Below are positions 7,696-15,711 of a stretch of 32,000 nucleotides of DNA, piece by piece. A model generated the notes under the pieces. The model did no database searches and was not told the origin of the DNA. It saw only the letters and a program-made list of their open reading frames with translations. Origin of the DNA: Aciduliprofundum boonei T469 (GTDB lineage: Archaea > Thermoplasmatota > Thermoplasmata > Thermoplasmatales > Aciduliprofundaceae); contig NC_013926.1 of assembly GCF_000025665.1 (NCBI RefSeq), positions 570,001-602,000 of the forward strand. Reading direction: 5' to 3'. The number at the start of each line of letters is the position of its first letter. Positions within the stretch are counted from its first letter, which is position 1. The position numbers were made by a program, and so were the translations under genes.

Positions 7696-8122
7696 AGAAT
7701 TTGAGATGCGGGTGCATTTTAGCATTTTTTATGGCCTTCTCTACGCTATCTCCATCTTCTCTGCTCCAAAATCTTCTCACCGTTGTATATATTCCACCAC
7801 GATTATTCACATAGAGTTCAACATACACCCACCTCGGCTCTACAGCGCTCTTGAAATCATCTAAAATTTTATTTGCAAGGTGTTCGTGCCAGATTCCAAA
7901 GTTGCGATAGGCAATAAGGTACATCTTTAACGATTTAAGTTCAGGTAGTTTTTTATCAGGCTCGTATAGGATGCGGAGAATATAATAATCCGGTAAGCCA
8001 GTTTGGGGGCAAACTGCCGTCAATTCAGGATAGATGTACTCTACAACCTCTTTAGTTTCGGGATACTCGTACTGCGCTGTCTCTATCTTGGGAAATTCCA
8101 TAAGGTTGCATGTGCCTCTCAT
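7694..8122 (-). CDS. queF: NADPH-dependent 7-cyano-7-deazaguanine (preQ0) reductase, unimodular QueF type
   Basis: The catalytic Cys context is ELTAVCPQTGLPDY. The sequence PELKSLKMYLIAYRNFGIWHEH matches the QueF motif E(S/L)K(S/A)hK(L/Y)(Y/F/W). There is close resemblance to B. subtilis YkvM. An alternative start at the ATG at 8101 (MEFPKIE..) is equally plausible. Confidence 0.85.
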   Translation of the reverse strand: MRGTCNLMEFPKIETAQYEYPETKEVVEYIYPELTAVCPQTGLPDYYILRILYEPDKKLPELKSLKMYLIAYRNFGIWHEHLANKILDDFKSAVEPRWVYVELYVNNRGGIYTTVRRFWSREDGDSVEKAIKNAKMHPHLKF

Positions 8123-8183
8123 TTTTATTACTTTTGGAGATAAGGTTTATAAGTGCTGGGATGATAATGGATTGGTGAGTGAA

Positions 8184-8540
8184 ATGTATGTATCCCATAT
8201 TGATAATGTACCCAAAGAGAAAGTCGATATGAAAAATGAGAAAGGAGAAAAAACCACAGGCACATGGATTCAGTGGTTAATTAGAGAAGATCAAGGAGCA
8301 AAAAATTATGCAATGCGCCTTTTTACAATGGAGCCAAATGCAAAGATTGCCAAGCATCACCATCCCTGGGAGCATGAGATATTTGTACTCAGCGGGGAGG
8401 GGATAATAGGTGCAGGAGACAAGGAAGTTAAGGTGCATGCCGGGAATTTCCTCTATATTGAACCAGATGTGCCTCATTGGTACAGAAATGAGAGCGATGA
8501 GGAATTTAAATTCCTGTGCATAATTCCCATAAGAAAATGA
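8184..8540 (+). CDS. Small cupin-domain protein
   Basis: The cupin motifs are HHHPWEHEIFVLSGEG and G(N)FLYIEPDVPHWYRN. I moved the start from the track's 8034, which would overlap queF, to the ATG at 8184, which has GGTGAG upstream. Confidence 0.8.
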   Translation: MYVSHIDNVPKEKVDMKNEKGEKTTGTWIQWLIREDQGAKNYAMRLFTMEPNAKIAKHHHPWEHEIFVLSGEGIIGAGDKEVKVHAGNFLYIEPDVPHWYRNESDEEFKFLCIIPIRK

Positions 8541-8650
8541 GAATCAAGAAGAAAAGAGGAGCAACCGATGAAGAGCTTTTCTCACTTCTTTTGAATGAGG
8601 TACTCAATGATAGAGCAAAAAAGATATGGGAAAGAATAAAAGAGATTTAG
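8537..8650 (+). CDS. Candidate 37-aa micro-ORF coupled to the cupin gene
   Basis: The ATG at 8537 overlaps the cupin TGA (ATGA), and the stop TAG is at 8648-8650. The product is MRIKKKRGATDEELFSLLLNEVLNDRAKKIWERIKEI. It exactly fills the gap before the convergent glycerate kinase stop at 8652. I recognise no homology. Confidence 0.3.
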   Translation: MRIKKKRGATDEELFSLLLNEVLNDRAKKIWERIKEI

Positions 8651-8651
8651 A

Positions 8652-9890
8652 TTATGGATGGAAACCTATACAGATATCTGCTAAATTAGTATTTGTGTAC
8701 CCAGTGAAAACGGCATCATCAATCTTTTTCAAAACTGCATATGAATTGTGGGCCATTAACTCTTTATCTAAATCTATTCCCTTTTCCGCAATTCTCTCCA
8801 TACTCGTGTAATCAACAAGCCCTCCAGCTGCGTCGGTAGGGCCATCAATACCATCTGTTCCTAGGCAAATAAAGCCCATATGTCTCTTCATCTCCTTTGC
8901 AAGATACAAGGATAGTTCTTGGTTTCTCCCACCAATTCCTCCACTTTGGATTTTCACGGCTGTTTCACCGCCCCAAATTACTAATCCCTTGCCCATCTCT
9001 CTTAAGATATTCTTTGCAGCGTATCTCGGCTCTCCACTAAGTTTATTATGGGATACCCTTGCTCTTATTCCCATATCTTCTGCTATGCTTTTTGCCGTTT
9101 TTAAGGCATAGGTGTTATCAGCTAAAATTATGTTTTTGCATTCGTGGATGGGCAAATCATCATTTTTTCTTATATTAATTTCAATTCCATACTTTTTCAG
9201 AATTTTGCTAATATCATATTTTTGAGGATAGGTTGGACCCGAGCCTACAAATTTTGGTGGGCCTATTACATCGGATATTATCAGCGATAGACATTTTGCC
9301 GGGGCAATGTAATTTAGCAATTTTCCGCCCTTCACTTTTGACAGGGCAATACGAAGTTTATTTAGTTCTATGATATCTGCTCCTGCAGTCATAACTTTCT
9401 CTATTATTTCTTTTTCTTCCTCGATACTTATTCTTTGCGGGATTTCAAAGAGGGATGATGCTCCTCCGGAAATCAGCACTATGACCAATGTATTCTCATC
9501 TGCCTCTTCGAGTAATTCAATTATCTTTTGAGATGATTGCAAAGTTCTTGCATCTGGATATGGGTGAGAGGCTAAATTAACCTTTATTCTATTCAATTTT
9601 GCCTTGTATGGACTGTTTATCATTCCTTTTGTGATTCTATTGCCTAAAATACTCTCCATCTCTTTTGCCATAGGCACCGCTGCTTTTCCAAACCCAATGA
9701 CAATGATTTTTTCAAAATTTAAAGGAAGAGAGTAATTTTTAACGATTAAATTCTCATTTTCAATTCTGACATTCTCGGAGATTATTTTATCTGCCCCTAT
9801 CTTTTCTAAGGTTCTATCTGCAATTTCAAGAAGCACTTTTCTGATCTTTTTATCTCCGTGTAATAGTAAAGAATTTTTGTTTTTTATCAC
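8652..9890 (-). CDS. MOFRL-family glycerate 2-kinase / hydroxypyruvate reductase-like protein
   Basis: Family-typical segments are IVIGFGKAA, LISGGASSLF, PTYPQ, VIWGGETAV, GGIGGRNQEL and GTDGIDGPTDAAGG. The longest ORF (to 10064) would overlap tfb. I place the start at the GTG at 9890 (M/VIKNKNSLLLHGD..), which has a TATA-like box centred about 26 nt upstream. The ATG at 9965 is an alternative. Confidence 0.8.
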   Translation of the reverse strand: MIKNKNSLLLHGDKKIRKVLLEIADRTLEKIGADKIISENVRIENENLIVKNYSLPLNFEKIIVIGFGKAAVPMAKEMESILGNRITKGMINSPYKAKLNRIKVNLASHPYPDARTLQSSQKIIELLEEADENTLVIVLISGGASSLFEIPQRISIEEEKEIIEKVMTAGADIIELNKLRIALSKVKGGKLLNYIAPAKCLSLIISDVIGPPKFVGSGPTYPQKYDISKILKKYGIEINIRKNDDLPIHECKNIILADNTYALKTAKSIAEDMGIRARVSHNKLSGEPRYAAKNILREMGKGLVIWGGETAVKIQSGGIGGRNQELSLYLAKEMKRHMGFICLGTDGIDGPTDAAGGLVDYTSMERIAEKGIDLDKELMAHNSYAVLKKIDDAVFTGYTNTNLADICIGFHP

Positions 9891-9906
9891 ATCTAAAGCA
9901 TGGCAG

Positions 9907-9961
9907 GAAAGTTTAAAAATATGTGTGAAGAAATAAATGCATTTTTCGAAAGTTTTAAATA
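9907..9961. promoter_or_regulatory. Divergent promoter region with two near-identical BRE/TATA-like boxes
   Basis: GAAAGTTTAAAAATA (9907-9921) and GAAAGTTTTAAATA (9948-9961) lie 41 nt apart. The first is centred about 26 nt from the proposed glycerate kinase start at 9890. The second is centred about 36 nt upstream of the tfb ATG. Confidence 0.4.
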
Positions 9962-9992
9962 CCATGCTCGCTAGGGTTAAGGAGCAGTTATA

Positions 9993-10934
9993 ATGGGTGA
10001 TATGATGGCAAAGAGACCTAAAGAAGAGTTTATAAAGCAATGTCCAGAGTGTGGCTCCACCCATCTTATATGGGATTATGAGCGGGGAGAGCTGGTGTGT
10101 GGAGACTGTGGGGCTGTAATCGAAGATTCGTTTATTGATCAGGGCCCGGAATGGAGAGCATTTGATGCTGAGCAGGATGAAAAGAGGGCAAGAACGGGAG
10201 CACCATTAACTTTTTTATCGCATGATAAGGGCCTTGCGACCGAGATATCTTGGAGCAATAAAGATTCTTATGGAAAGAGGATACCGCACAAGAATCGTGC
10301 TCAAATTTACCGTGTGCGCAAATGGCATCAGAGGATTCGTGTTAGCAATGCAGCAGAGAGAAACTTGTCTGTGGCTTTGCAGGAATTGAATAATGTATCA
10401 AGCAAGATGGGCTTGCCGAAGGATGTTCGCGAAACAGCCGCAATTATATATCGCAAGGCGGTGGAAAAGAACTTGATAAGGGGAAGGAGTATAGAGAGCA
10501 TAGTGGCTGCAAGCATATATGCAGCGTGCCGCAAGGTTGGAATGCCTCGCACCTTGGATGAAGTTGCAAAAGCGAGTGAGTTGAATAAGAAGAAAATTGG
10601 TCGTGCGTATAGGCATCTCACTAAGGAATTGAATTTAAATCTAAAGCCCACTACGGCCACATCCTATATAACTCAATTCTGCAGTAAATTGCATTTGGAT
10701 AAGAATGTGGTAAATAAAGCCGAGGAAATTGTGCAGCAGGCTACGGAGAGAGGTATAACATCAGGTAAGGGACCTACAGGAGTGGCAGCGGCTGCCATAT
10801 ACATAGCTGCCAACATGATGAACGAGCCAAGGACCCAAAAAGAAATAGCTGAAGTGGCGGGAGTTACAGAGGTCACAATTAGAAATCGCTATAAGGAGAT
10901 TTCATCAGCGCTCAATGTTGAGATACCCAAGTGA
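9993..10934 (+). CDS. tfb: Transcription initiation factor IIB (TFB)
   Basis: There is an N-terminal zinc ribbon, [24 protein letters not shown], followed by two cyclin-like repeats ([18 protein letters not shown] and [16 protein letters not shown]). The length of 313 aa is typical. Confidence 0.95.
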   Translation: MGDMMAKRPKEEFIKQCPECGSTHLIWDYERGELVCGDCGAVIEDSFIDQGPEWRAFDAEQDEKRARTGAPLTFLSHDKGLATEISWSNKDSYGKRIPHKNRAQIYRVRKWHQRIRVSNAAERNLSVALQELNNVSSKMGLPKDVRETAAIIYRKAVEKNLIRGRSIESIVAASIYAACRKVGMPRTLDEVAKASELNKKKIGRAYRHLTKELNLNLKPTTATSYITQFCSKLHLDKNVVNKAEEIVQQATERGITSGKGPTGVAAAAIYIAANMMNEPRTQKEIAEVAGVTEVTIRNRYKEISSALNVEIPK

Positions 10935-10938
10935 TAAA

Positions 10939-11505
10939 ATGAGGGTGTATGTGATAGATAACGGAGGCCAGTGGACCCACAGAGAATGGAGGGTTCTGAA
11001 GTATTTGGATGTGGATGCAGAGATTGTGCCAAATACAACGCCTGTGGATAAGCTCAGGGATGCAGATGCTTTGGTACTTTCAGGAGGAGCTCCCAGCATA
11101 GCATACGAGAAGCACAAGCTTGGTAATCAGGGATTGTACCTTGAAGAGTTAAATGTTCCTATTTTGGGTATATGCGTTGGAGCTCAGTTCATAGCGGAGC
11201 ACTTCGGAGGAAAGAGCTCAGCAGCTAAGTATCCAGAGTATGGGAAGACGGAGATTTTCATAGACGATCACGATGAGATATTTTCCGGCCTTCCAGACAG
11301 TTTCATCGCATGGGAGAGTCACAACGATGAGATAAAGGAATTGGGATCTGAGCTTATAGCCCTGGCTCACTCAAAAAACTGCAGATTTCAGGCGATTAAG
11401 CACAAAACAAAGCCAGTATACGGCGTGCAGTTTCATCCGGAGGTTCAGCACACGGAGCACGGAGAGGAAATTTTCCGCAATTTTCTGGCTATGGCAAAGA
11501 GATAA
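10939..11505 (+). CDS. guaAA: GMP synthase, glutamine amidotransferase subunit A
   Basis: Class I GATase motifs are present: MRVYVIDNGGQWTHREWR, ILGICVGAQ (catalytic Cys) and GVQFHPEV. The size of about 188 aa fits the archaeal split GuaA. I moved the start from 10915 to the ATG at 10939, 4 nt after the tfb stop. Confidence 0.9.
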   Translation: MRVYVIDNGGQWTHREWRVLKYLDVDAEIVPNTTPVDKLRDADALVLSGGAPSIAYEKHKLGNQGLYLEELNVPILGICVGAQFIAEHFGGKSSAAKYPEYGKTEIFIDDHDEIFSGLPDSFIAWESHNDEIKELGSELIALAHSKNCRFQAIKHKTKPVYGVQFHPEVQHTEHGEEIFRNFLAMAKR

Positions 11506-11536
11506 GGTTAAATACCCTCTAACCCATTATTTTTCA

Positions 11537-12283
11537 ATGCTTCGAATAACCGTAGAGGAGGGAGATGTTAAGGAGAATCCAAAGTTTCGAAAAGATGGAA
11601 GCAAGCTCACACTGATTTTGAGATTACATGGCTTCGATAAGGAGTATGTGTCCCATCCTGTGAAGCTCACATGGCACGAAGGCTCAGATGAAATTATTTT
11701 AACCGCCTCTAGAAATACCATAGAAGAGGTTAAGAAATTCTTGCTCAGGAGAGAAGAGCCAATAGATGTGGTGTGGAGTTTGATCCAGTACGAGTATGTC
11801 ACTCTGGACAAGCTAGAGGAGAAGGTGGAGAAACTTCAGAATGCGGCTCTGCACGATTACTCAAGCAAACTGATGGGCGAGATTTTGAAGGTCAAAAAGA
11901 CACTCTTCAAGATTCACAGGGATTATATGCGTCTCAGAAATTTGCTGGAGTGGAGCGTGGGGAAGGGGAACGAAAGGGCTGGAGAGATTTTAAGGGATGT
12001 GAACGAACTTATTTACGGTGTTGAGTACCTCATCGATGGTGCAACCACTGCCCTGCAACTAATGCAGAATACCCTCTCTGCCAAGATGAATGAGGTTATG
12101 AAAATTCTCACCATAATCGCTACCATAATGATGCCCTTAACTTTGATCACGGGCATATATGGAATGAATTTTGTTAACATGCCTGAGATAAGATGGCAGT
12201 ATGGCTATTATTACTCTCTTGCGCTCATGCTTGCAGTTGCCCTACTTATGCTCTATTATTTCAAGAGAAAAAGATTACTTTGA
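11537..12283 (+). CDS. corA: CorA-family Mg2+/Co2+ transporter (short form)
   Basis: The C-terminal signature is MPLTLITGIYGMNFVNMPE followed by a second TM helix and a KRKR tail. At 248 aa it is clearly shorter than typical CorA of about 315-350 aa. There is no room for a longer N-terminus because guaAA ends at 11505. A TATA-like box is centred about 26 nt upstream. Confidence 0.8.
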   Translation: MLRITVEEGDVKENPKFRKDGSKLTLILRLHGFDKEYVSHPVKLTWHEGSDEIILTASRNTIEEVKKFLLRREEPIDVVWSLIQYEYVTLDKLEEKVEKLQNAALHDYSSKLMGEILKVKKTLFKIHRDYMRLRNLLEWSVGKGNERAGEILRDVNELIYGVEYLIDGATTALQLMQNTLSAKMNEVMKILTIIATIMMPLTLITGIYGMNFVNMPEIRWQYGYYYSLALMLAVALLMLYYFKRKRLL

Positions 12284-13504
12284 ACCGAAAATGTTGTAGG
12301 ATTTCTCTAAGGCCTCTATAACAGGCATCTTTCCTCCAGAGAGGAAGGTGATGAGAGAACCGCCCCCGGTGCTAATATGATCAAAATAATTTTTCAATCC
12401 GTATTTTTCCAAGGCTGCTATTGTATGGCCTCCGCCAGCAACTTTAAATCCCGAGCTTTCGGCTGCCCCGCGCAAAACCATTACAGTTCCTACGAAGAAA
12501 TCGTTTAACTCAAACACCCCCATGGGTCCATTTACAATAACGCCTTTTGAATTCCTCAGCATTGTTTCGTACTCGGTAGCAGTATCGAGGCCAATATCGT
12601 AAATGGGATACTCACTTGGAAGCATTGTGATTGGTATACCTTTTCTCCTTCCATTTTTATTTATCACCACATCCACGGGAATTTTTATCCTCCCCTTATA
12701 TTTATCCAGCAGTTCTTTTGCCAGAGAAATTAGGGAATTGTAATCATCGAACTCTCTCTTTATAAATTCCCAAGTACCATCACCCACATCTATGCCATAG
12801 GCAATTAGAAATATGGATGCTATAACTCCTCCGGTTAATATGGCATCCACAATATCATTTTCAAGAAAATTCTTGGCTACAATCAGCGAATCTTCAACCT
12901 TTGCACCGCCGAGAATCGCATATTTAGGCCTATCCTTTAATTCCATAAATTTTGTGAGCATTTTTATCTCCTTTTCCATTAACCTTCCCGCTATCATAGG
13001 TAACTTTTCTGCAAATCCCACTAAGGTTGTTTGTTGTCTATGTGCTGCAGCAAATGCATCGTTAATGAAATAATCAGCCACCTTTGATAATTCCCTTACA
13101 ATGTGTGTGTCTTTGAAATTGTTCTTTTTTAAGCAATACTCCTCTGAATAGAATCTTGTGTTTTGAAGTAAGATATAATCACCGCACTTCATATTTTCAA
13201 TTTCTTCAATAGCGTACTCACCAAATAAATCTGGTACGAATCTAACTCTTTTGTGTAGGATTTTTGTAAATATATCCGCATGCGCCCTTAATGATGTAAA
13301 ATCCATCTTTCCTGGCCTGCTCTGGTGCGCTAAAATTACCACCTTTGAATCTTTTAGCTCTGCCAATGTTTGACGATGAGCTTCAAACCTTGAATAGTCA
13401 AGTATAGAACCGCTGATAGGGTCAATGGGAGAATTTACATCAACCCTCACAAGAACAACCTTGCCCCTGAAATTGAAATCATCCATGGTGAAGTATTTCT
13501 TCAT
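12275..13504 (-). CDS. pgk: Phosphoglycerate kinase
   Basis: The 409-aa ORF contains VLVRVDVNSP, ILAHQSRPG, NDAFAAAHR, ILGGAKV and STGGGSLITFL, which are canonical PGK motifs. Confidence 0.95.
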   Translation of the reverse strand: MKKYFTMDDFNFRGKVVLVRVDVNSPIDPISGSILDYSRFEAHRQTLAELKDSKVVILAHQSRPGKMDFTSLRAHADIFTKILHKRVRFVPDLFGEYAIEEIENMKCGDYILLQNTRFYSEEYCLKKNNFKDTHIVRELSKVADYFINDAFAAAHRQQTTLVGFAEKLPMIAGRLMEKEIKMLTKFMELKDRPKYAILGGAKVEDSLIVAKNFLENDIVDAILTGGVIASIFLIAYGIDVGDGTWEFIKREFDDYNSLISLAKELLDKYKGRIKIPVDVVINKNGRRKGIPITMLPSEYPIYDIGLDTATEYETMLRNSKGVIVNGPMGVFELNDFFVGTVMVLRGAAESSGFKVAGGGHTIAALEKYGLKNYFDHISTGGGSLITFLSGGKMPVIEALEKSYNIFGSK

Positions 13505-13580
13505 AATGGGTAATTTCTCTGCTATTTATTATTTTTTCTCAAGATTAAAGATAAATAGAATGAAGCCATTATTTCATCCA

Positions 13581-14402
13581 ATGATTAAAAGGATTCTTGT
13601 TCCCACGGATGGCTATGGGCTGGAGAATCATGTTATAAAATATGTTGCAAGAGTTTTTCCTTTTGCAGATTTTCATGTGGTGAGCGTTATAAATACATAT
13701 GAGAGAGGGGTACAGCTTACCAGCATACTCTATGAAGAGATGAAAGAAAGTGCAAAAAAAGCGGTCGAGGAGGGCAAGAAGCTTTTGGAGAATGAAGGTA
13801 TTCATAATGTAAGTTTTAGAATTCTGGAGGGTTTACCTTCCAGGGAGATAGTCAGATATGCAAGAGAGAATGATATAGACTTGATAGCAATGAGAGTTTA
13901 TTGTAGAAAATCCACAGTTTCAGCACAGCGTATGGGTTCTACAGTGGCTAATGTTTTGAAGAGAACACATATTCCAGTTTTAACTTTGGCAGAAGAAATT
14001 AAAAAAAGAGAAATAAAAAAGGTTCTGTTGCTTACAGATGGAACAGCAAAATCCAAGAGAGCAGAAAATTATGCAATTCTCCTTGCCTCATCTTTTGGTG
14101 CTGGTATGGAGGTACTTTATATAAAAGATAAGAAAGATGGAGAGCATGTTAAAAAATTGGATAATGTGGTTTGGAAAGCATCACACTGGAATATAGAGGT
14201 CAAGAAGAGTATAGAGAGTATGGGAAACAAAGATGCATTGTTGAGTCATTTTAATAGAAATGACATCGTTGTGATGGGTGTTGGTAAGAAAATTTTATTT
14301 TGGAGAAAAATAGGACATATTGCGATGTTTGTTGCCACTCACTCGCCAATTCCAGTTATATTTGTAAACTCCTTTAAGAAGGGGTGGTCCCAACGGAGAT
14401 AG
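13581..14402 (+). CDS. Tandem universal stress protein (UspA) domain protein
   Basis: There are two USP repeats: MIKRILVPTDG..GSTVANVLKRTHIPVLTL and KKVLLLTDG..IVVMGVGKK..HSPIPVIFV. I chose the start at the ATG at 13581 on the basis of the USP-typical N-terminus and a TATA-like box about 26 nt upstream. The ATG at 13560 is an alternative. The track's 13425 start would overlap pgk. Confidence 0.8.
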   Translation: MIKRILVPTDGYGLENHVIKYVARVFPFADFHVVSVINTYERGVQLTSILYEEMKESAKKAVEEGKKLLENEGIHNVSFRILEGLPSREIVRYARENDIDLIAMRVYCRKSTVSAQRMGSTVANVLKRTHIPVLTLAEEIKKREIKKVLLLTDGTAKSKRAENYAILLASSFGAGMEVLYIKDKKDGEHVKKLDNVVWKASHWNIEVKKSIESMGNKDALLSHFNRNDIVVMGVGKKILFWRKIGHIAMFVATHSPIPVIFVNSFKKGWSQRR

Positions 14403-15673
14403 CCCAGATAGTTACGCTCATAATTTTTATAATAAGTTATATAATGATTTTTAGTGGTAAGATCGATAGAACCACTGCGGCATTATTTGGTGTATTTCTT
14501 ATGTTGACAGCAGGATATGCTATGCACTTTATGAATTTTGAAGAAGCTCTAGATTATGTGGATTGGCAGGTTATACTTCTTCTCTTTGGTATGATGACCT
14601 TTGTTGGACAACTTGCCCGCACAGGATTTTTCAAATATCTCGGTATAAAGGCAATAAAATTGTCGAAGGGTAATCCTTGGCTTATTTTCGTATATTTGAG
14701 TTTGATAACGACTTTTGTGTCTATGCTTATAGATAATGTTACCACCATTCTTCTTATGATTCCCCTCACTATTGAGATTGCAGAGCTACTGGATATCAAT
14801 CCTGTACCCGTTATATTGGGAGAAGCCGTGTTATCAAATGTTGGTGGCGTGGCTACTATGATTGGAGACCCGCCAAATATACTCATTGCTTATGCCTCTG
14901 GGTACTCATTTAATGATTTCATTATACATTTATTCTTGCCAGTTCTCGCGATTTTGGGGGTTGGACTTTTAATTTCAAGAATCTTGTATAAGTGGTGGAT
15001 TAAAACTAAGGCAAAAAATGTGGAAGAGTTAATGAAGTTAAATCCAGAAGATTATGTAAAAGATAGAAAGACAATGCATTATCTTCTGATAATTCTGTTG
15101 GGGATGGTATTTTTCTTTGCCTTGCAGGGTTATCTTCAGATTTCCCCCGCATTTGTGGCCCTTGTTGGTGGCACACTCGCCCTTTTATTGACATTGGAGG
15201 ACCCAAAAAAGGCCTTTGAAGCGGTGGAATGGTCAACGCTTGTGTTTTTCATAGGGTTATTTATCCTTGTTGGCGGACTTGACAAAACGGGGTTGCTCAA
15301 TGATTTGGCAGAGGGTCTATCATCCATATCATCCAATCCGGTGGTTGCGGCGGCCATAATTCTATGGGTATCGGGCATAACTTCTTCCTTTGTGGATAAT
15401 ATACCTATTACAGCGGCTTTTATTCCTGTTGTAGGCGTTATGACAGAAACATACCATACAGGACTCCTATGGTGGGCTCTTGCCTTAGGCGTTGGGCTGG
15501 GAGGAAATATAACGCCCATAGGCTCATCGGCAGGAGTGGTCTCTCTCTCCCTATCAAAGAGATACGGATATACCATAGGAAATAATGACTGGTTCAAGTT
15601 TGGAGGCATTGTTGGGATTATAACACTCTTGATTGCAACGGGATTTTTATTCCTTCTCCAATATATGAGTTAA
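14384..15673 (+). CDS. ArsB/NhaD-superfamily (YbiR/citrate-transporter-like) anion permease
   Basis: The 429-aa polytopic membrane protein contains FSGKIDRTTAAL, DNVTTILLMIP, MIGDPPNILI, FVDNIPITAAFIPV and GGNITPIGSSAG. The GTG start at 14384 is needed to retain TM1, and it overlaps the USP gene by 19 nt. Confidence 0.8.
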   Translation: MVPTEIAQIVTLIIFIISYIMIFSGKIDRTTAALFGVFLMLTAGYAMHFMNFEEALDYVDWQVILLLFGMMTFVGQLARTGFFKYLGIKAIKLSKGNPWLIFVYLSLITTFVSMLIDNVTTILLMIPLTIEIAELLDINPVPVILGEAVLSNVGGVATMIGDPPNILIAYASGYSFNDFIIHLFLPVLAILGVGLLISRILYKWWIKTKAKNVEELMKLNPEDYVKDRKTMHYLLIILLGMVFFFALQGYLQISPAFVALVGGTLALLLTLEDPKKAFEAVEWSTLVFFIGLFILVGGLDKTGLLNDLAEGLSSISSNPVVAAAIILWVSGITSSFVDNIPITAAFIPVVGVMTETYHTGLLWWALALGVGLGGNITPIGSSAGVVSLSLSKRYGYTIGNNDWFKFGGIVGIITLLIATGFLFLLQYMS

Positions 15674-15711
15674 AAGAGCAATTATTTTTTATTTTAGTTT
15701 TATTTAACATT

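Noticed and set aside
9891-10064. A 58-residue N-terminal extension of the glycerate kinase ORF (the longest-ORF form, 470 aa) that overlaps the tfb start by 72 nt.
   Set aside because: The extension ([21 protein letters not shown]..) is low-complexity and Cys/His/Phe-rich, and it would cover the shared promoter and tfb codons. The family-typical N-terminus begins at IKNKNSLL, which has a GTG start and a TATA box at the usual distance.
15136-15609. A 157-aa minus-strand ORF, plus 14554-14886 and 15006-15236, all antisense to the permease gene.
   Set aside because: They lie entirely inside a strongly supported 429-aa transporter gene. Their Pro/Ser/Thr-rich composition is odd and typical of shadow frames.
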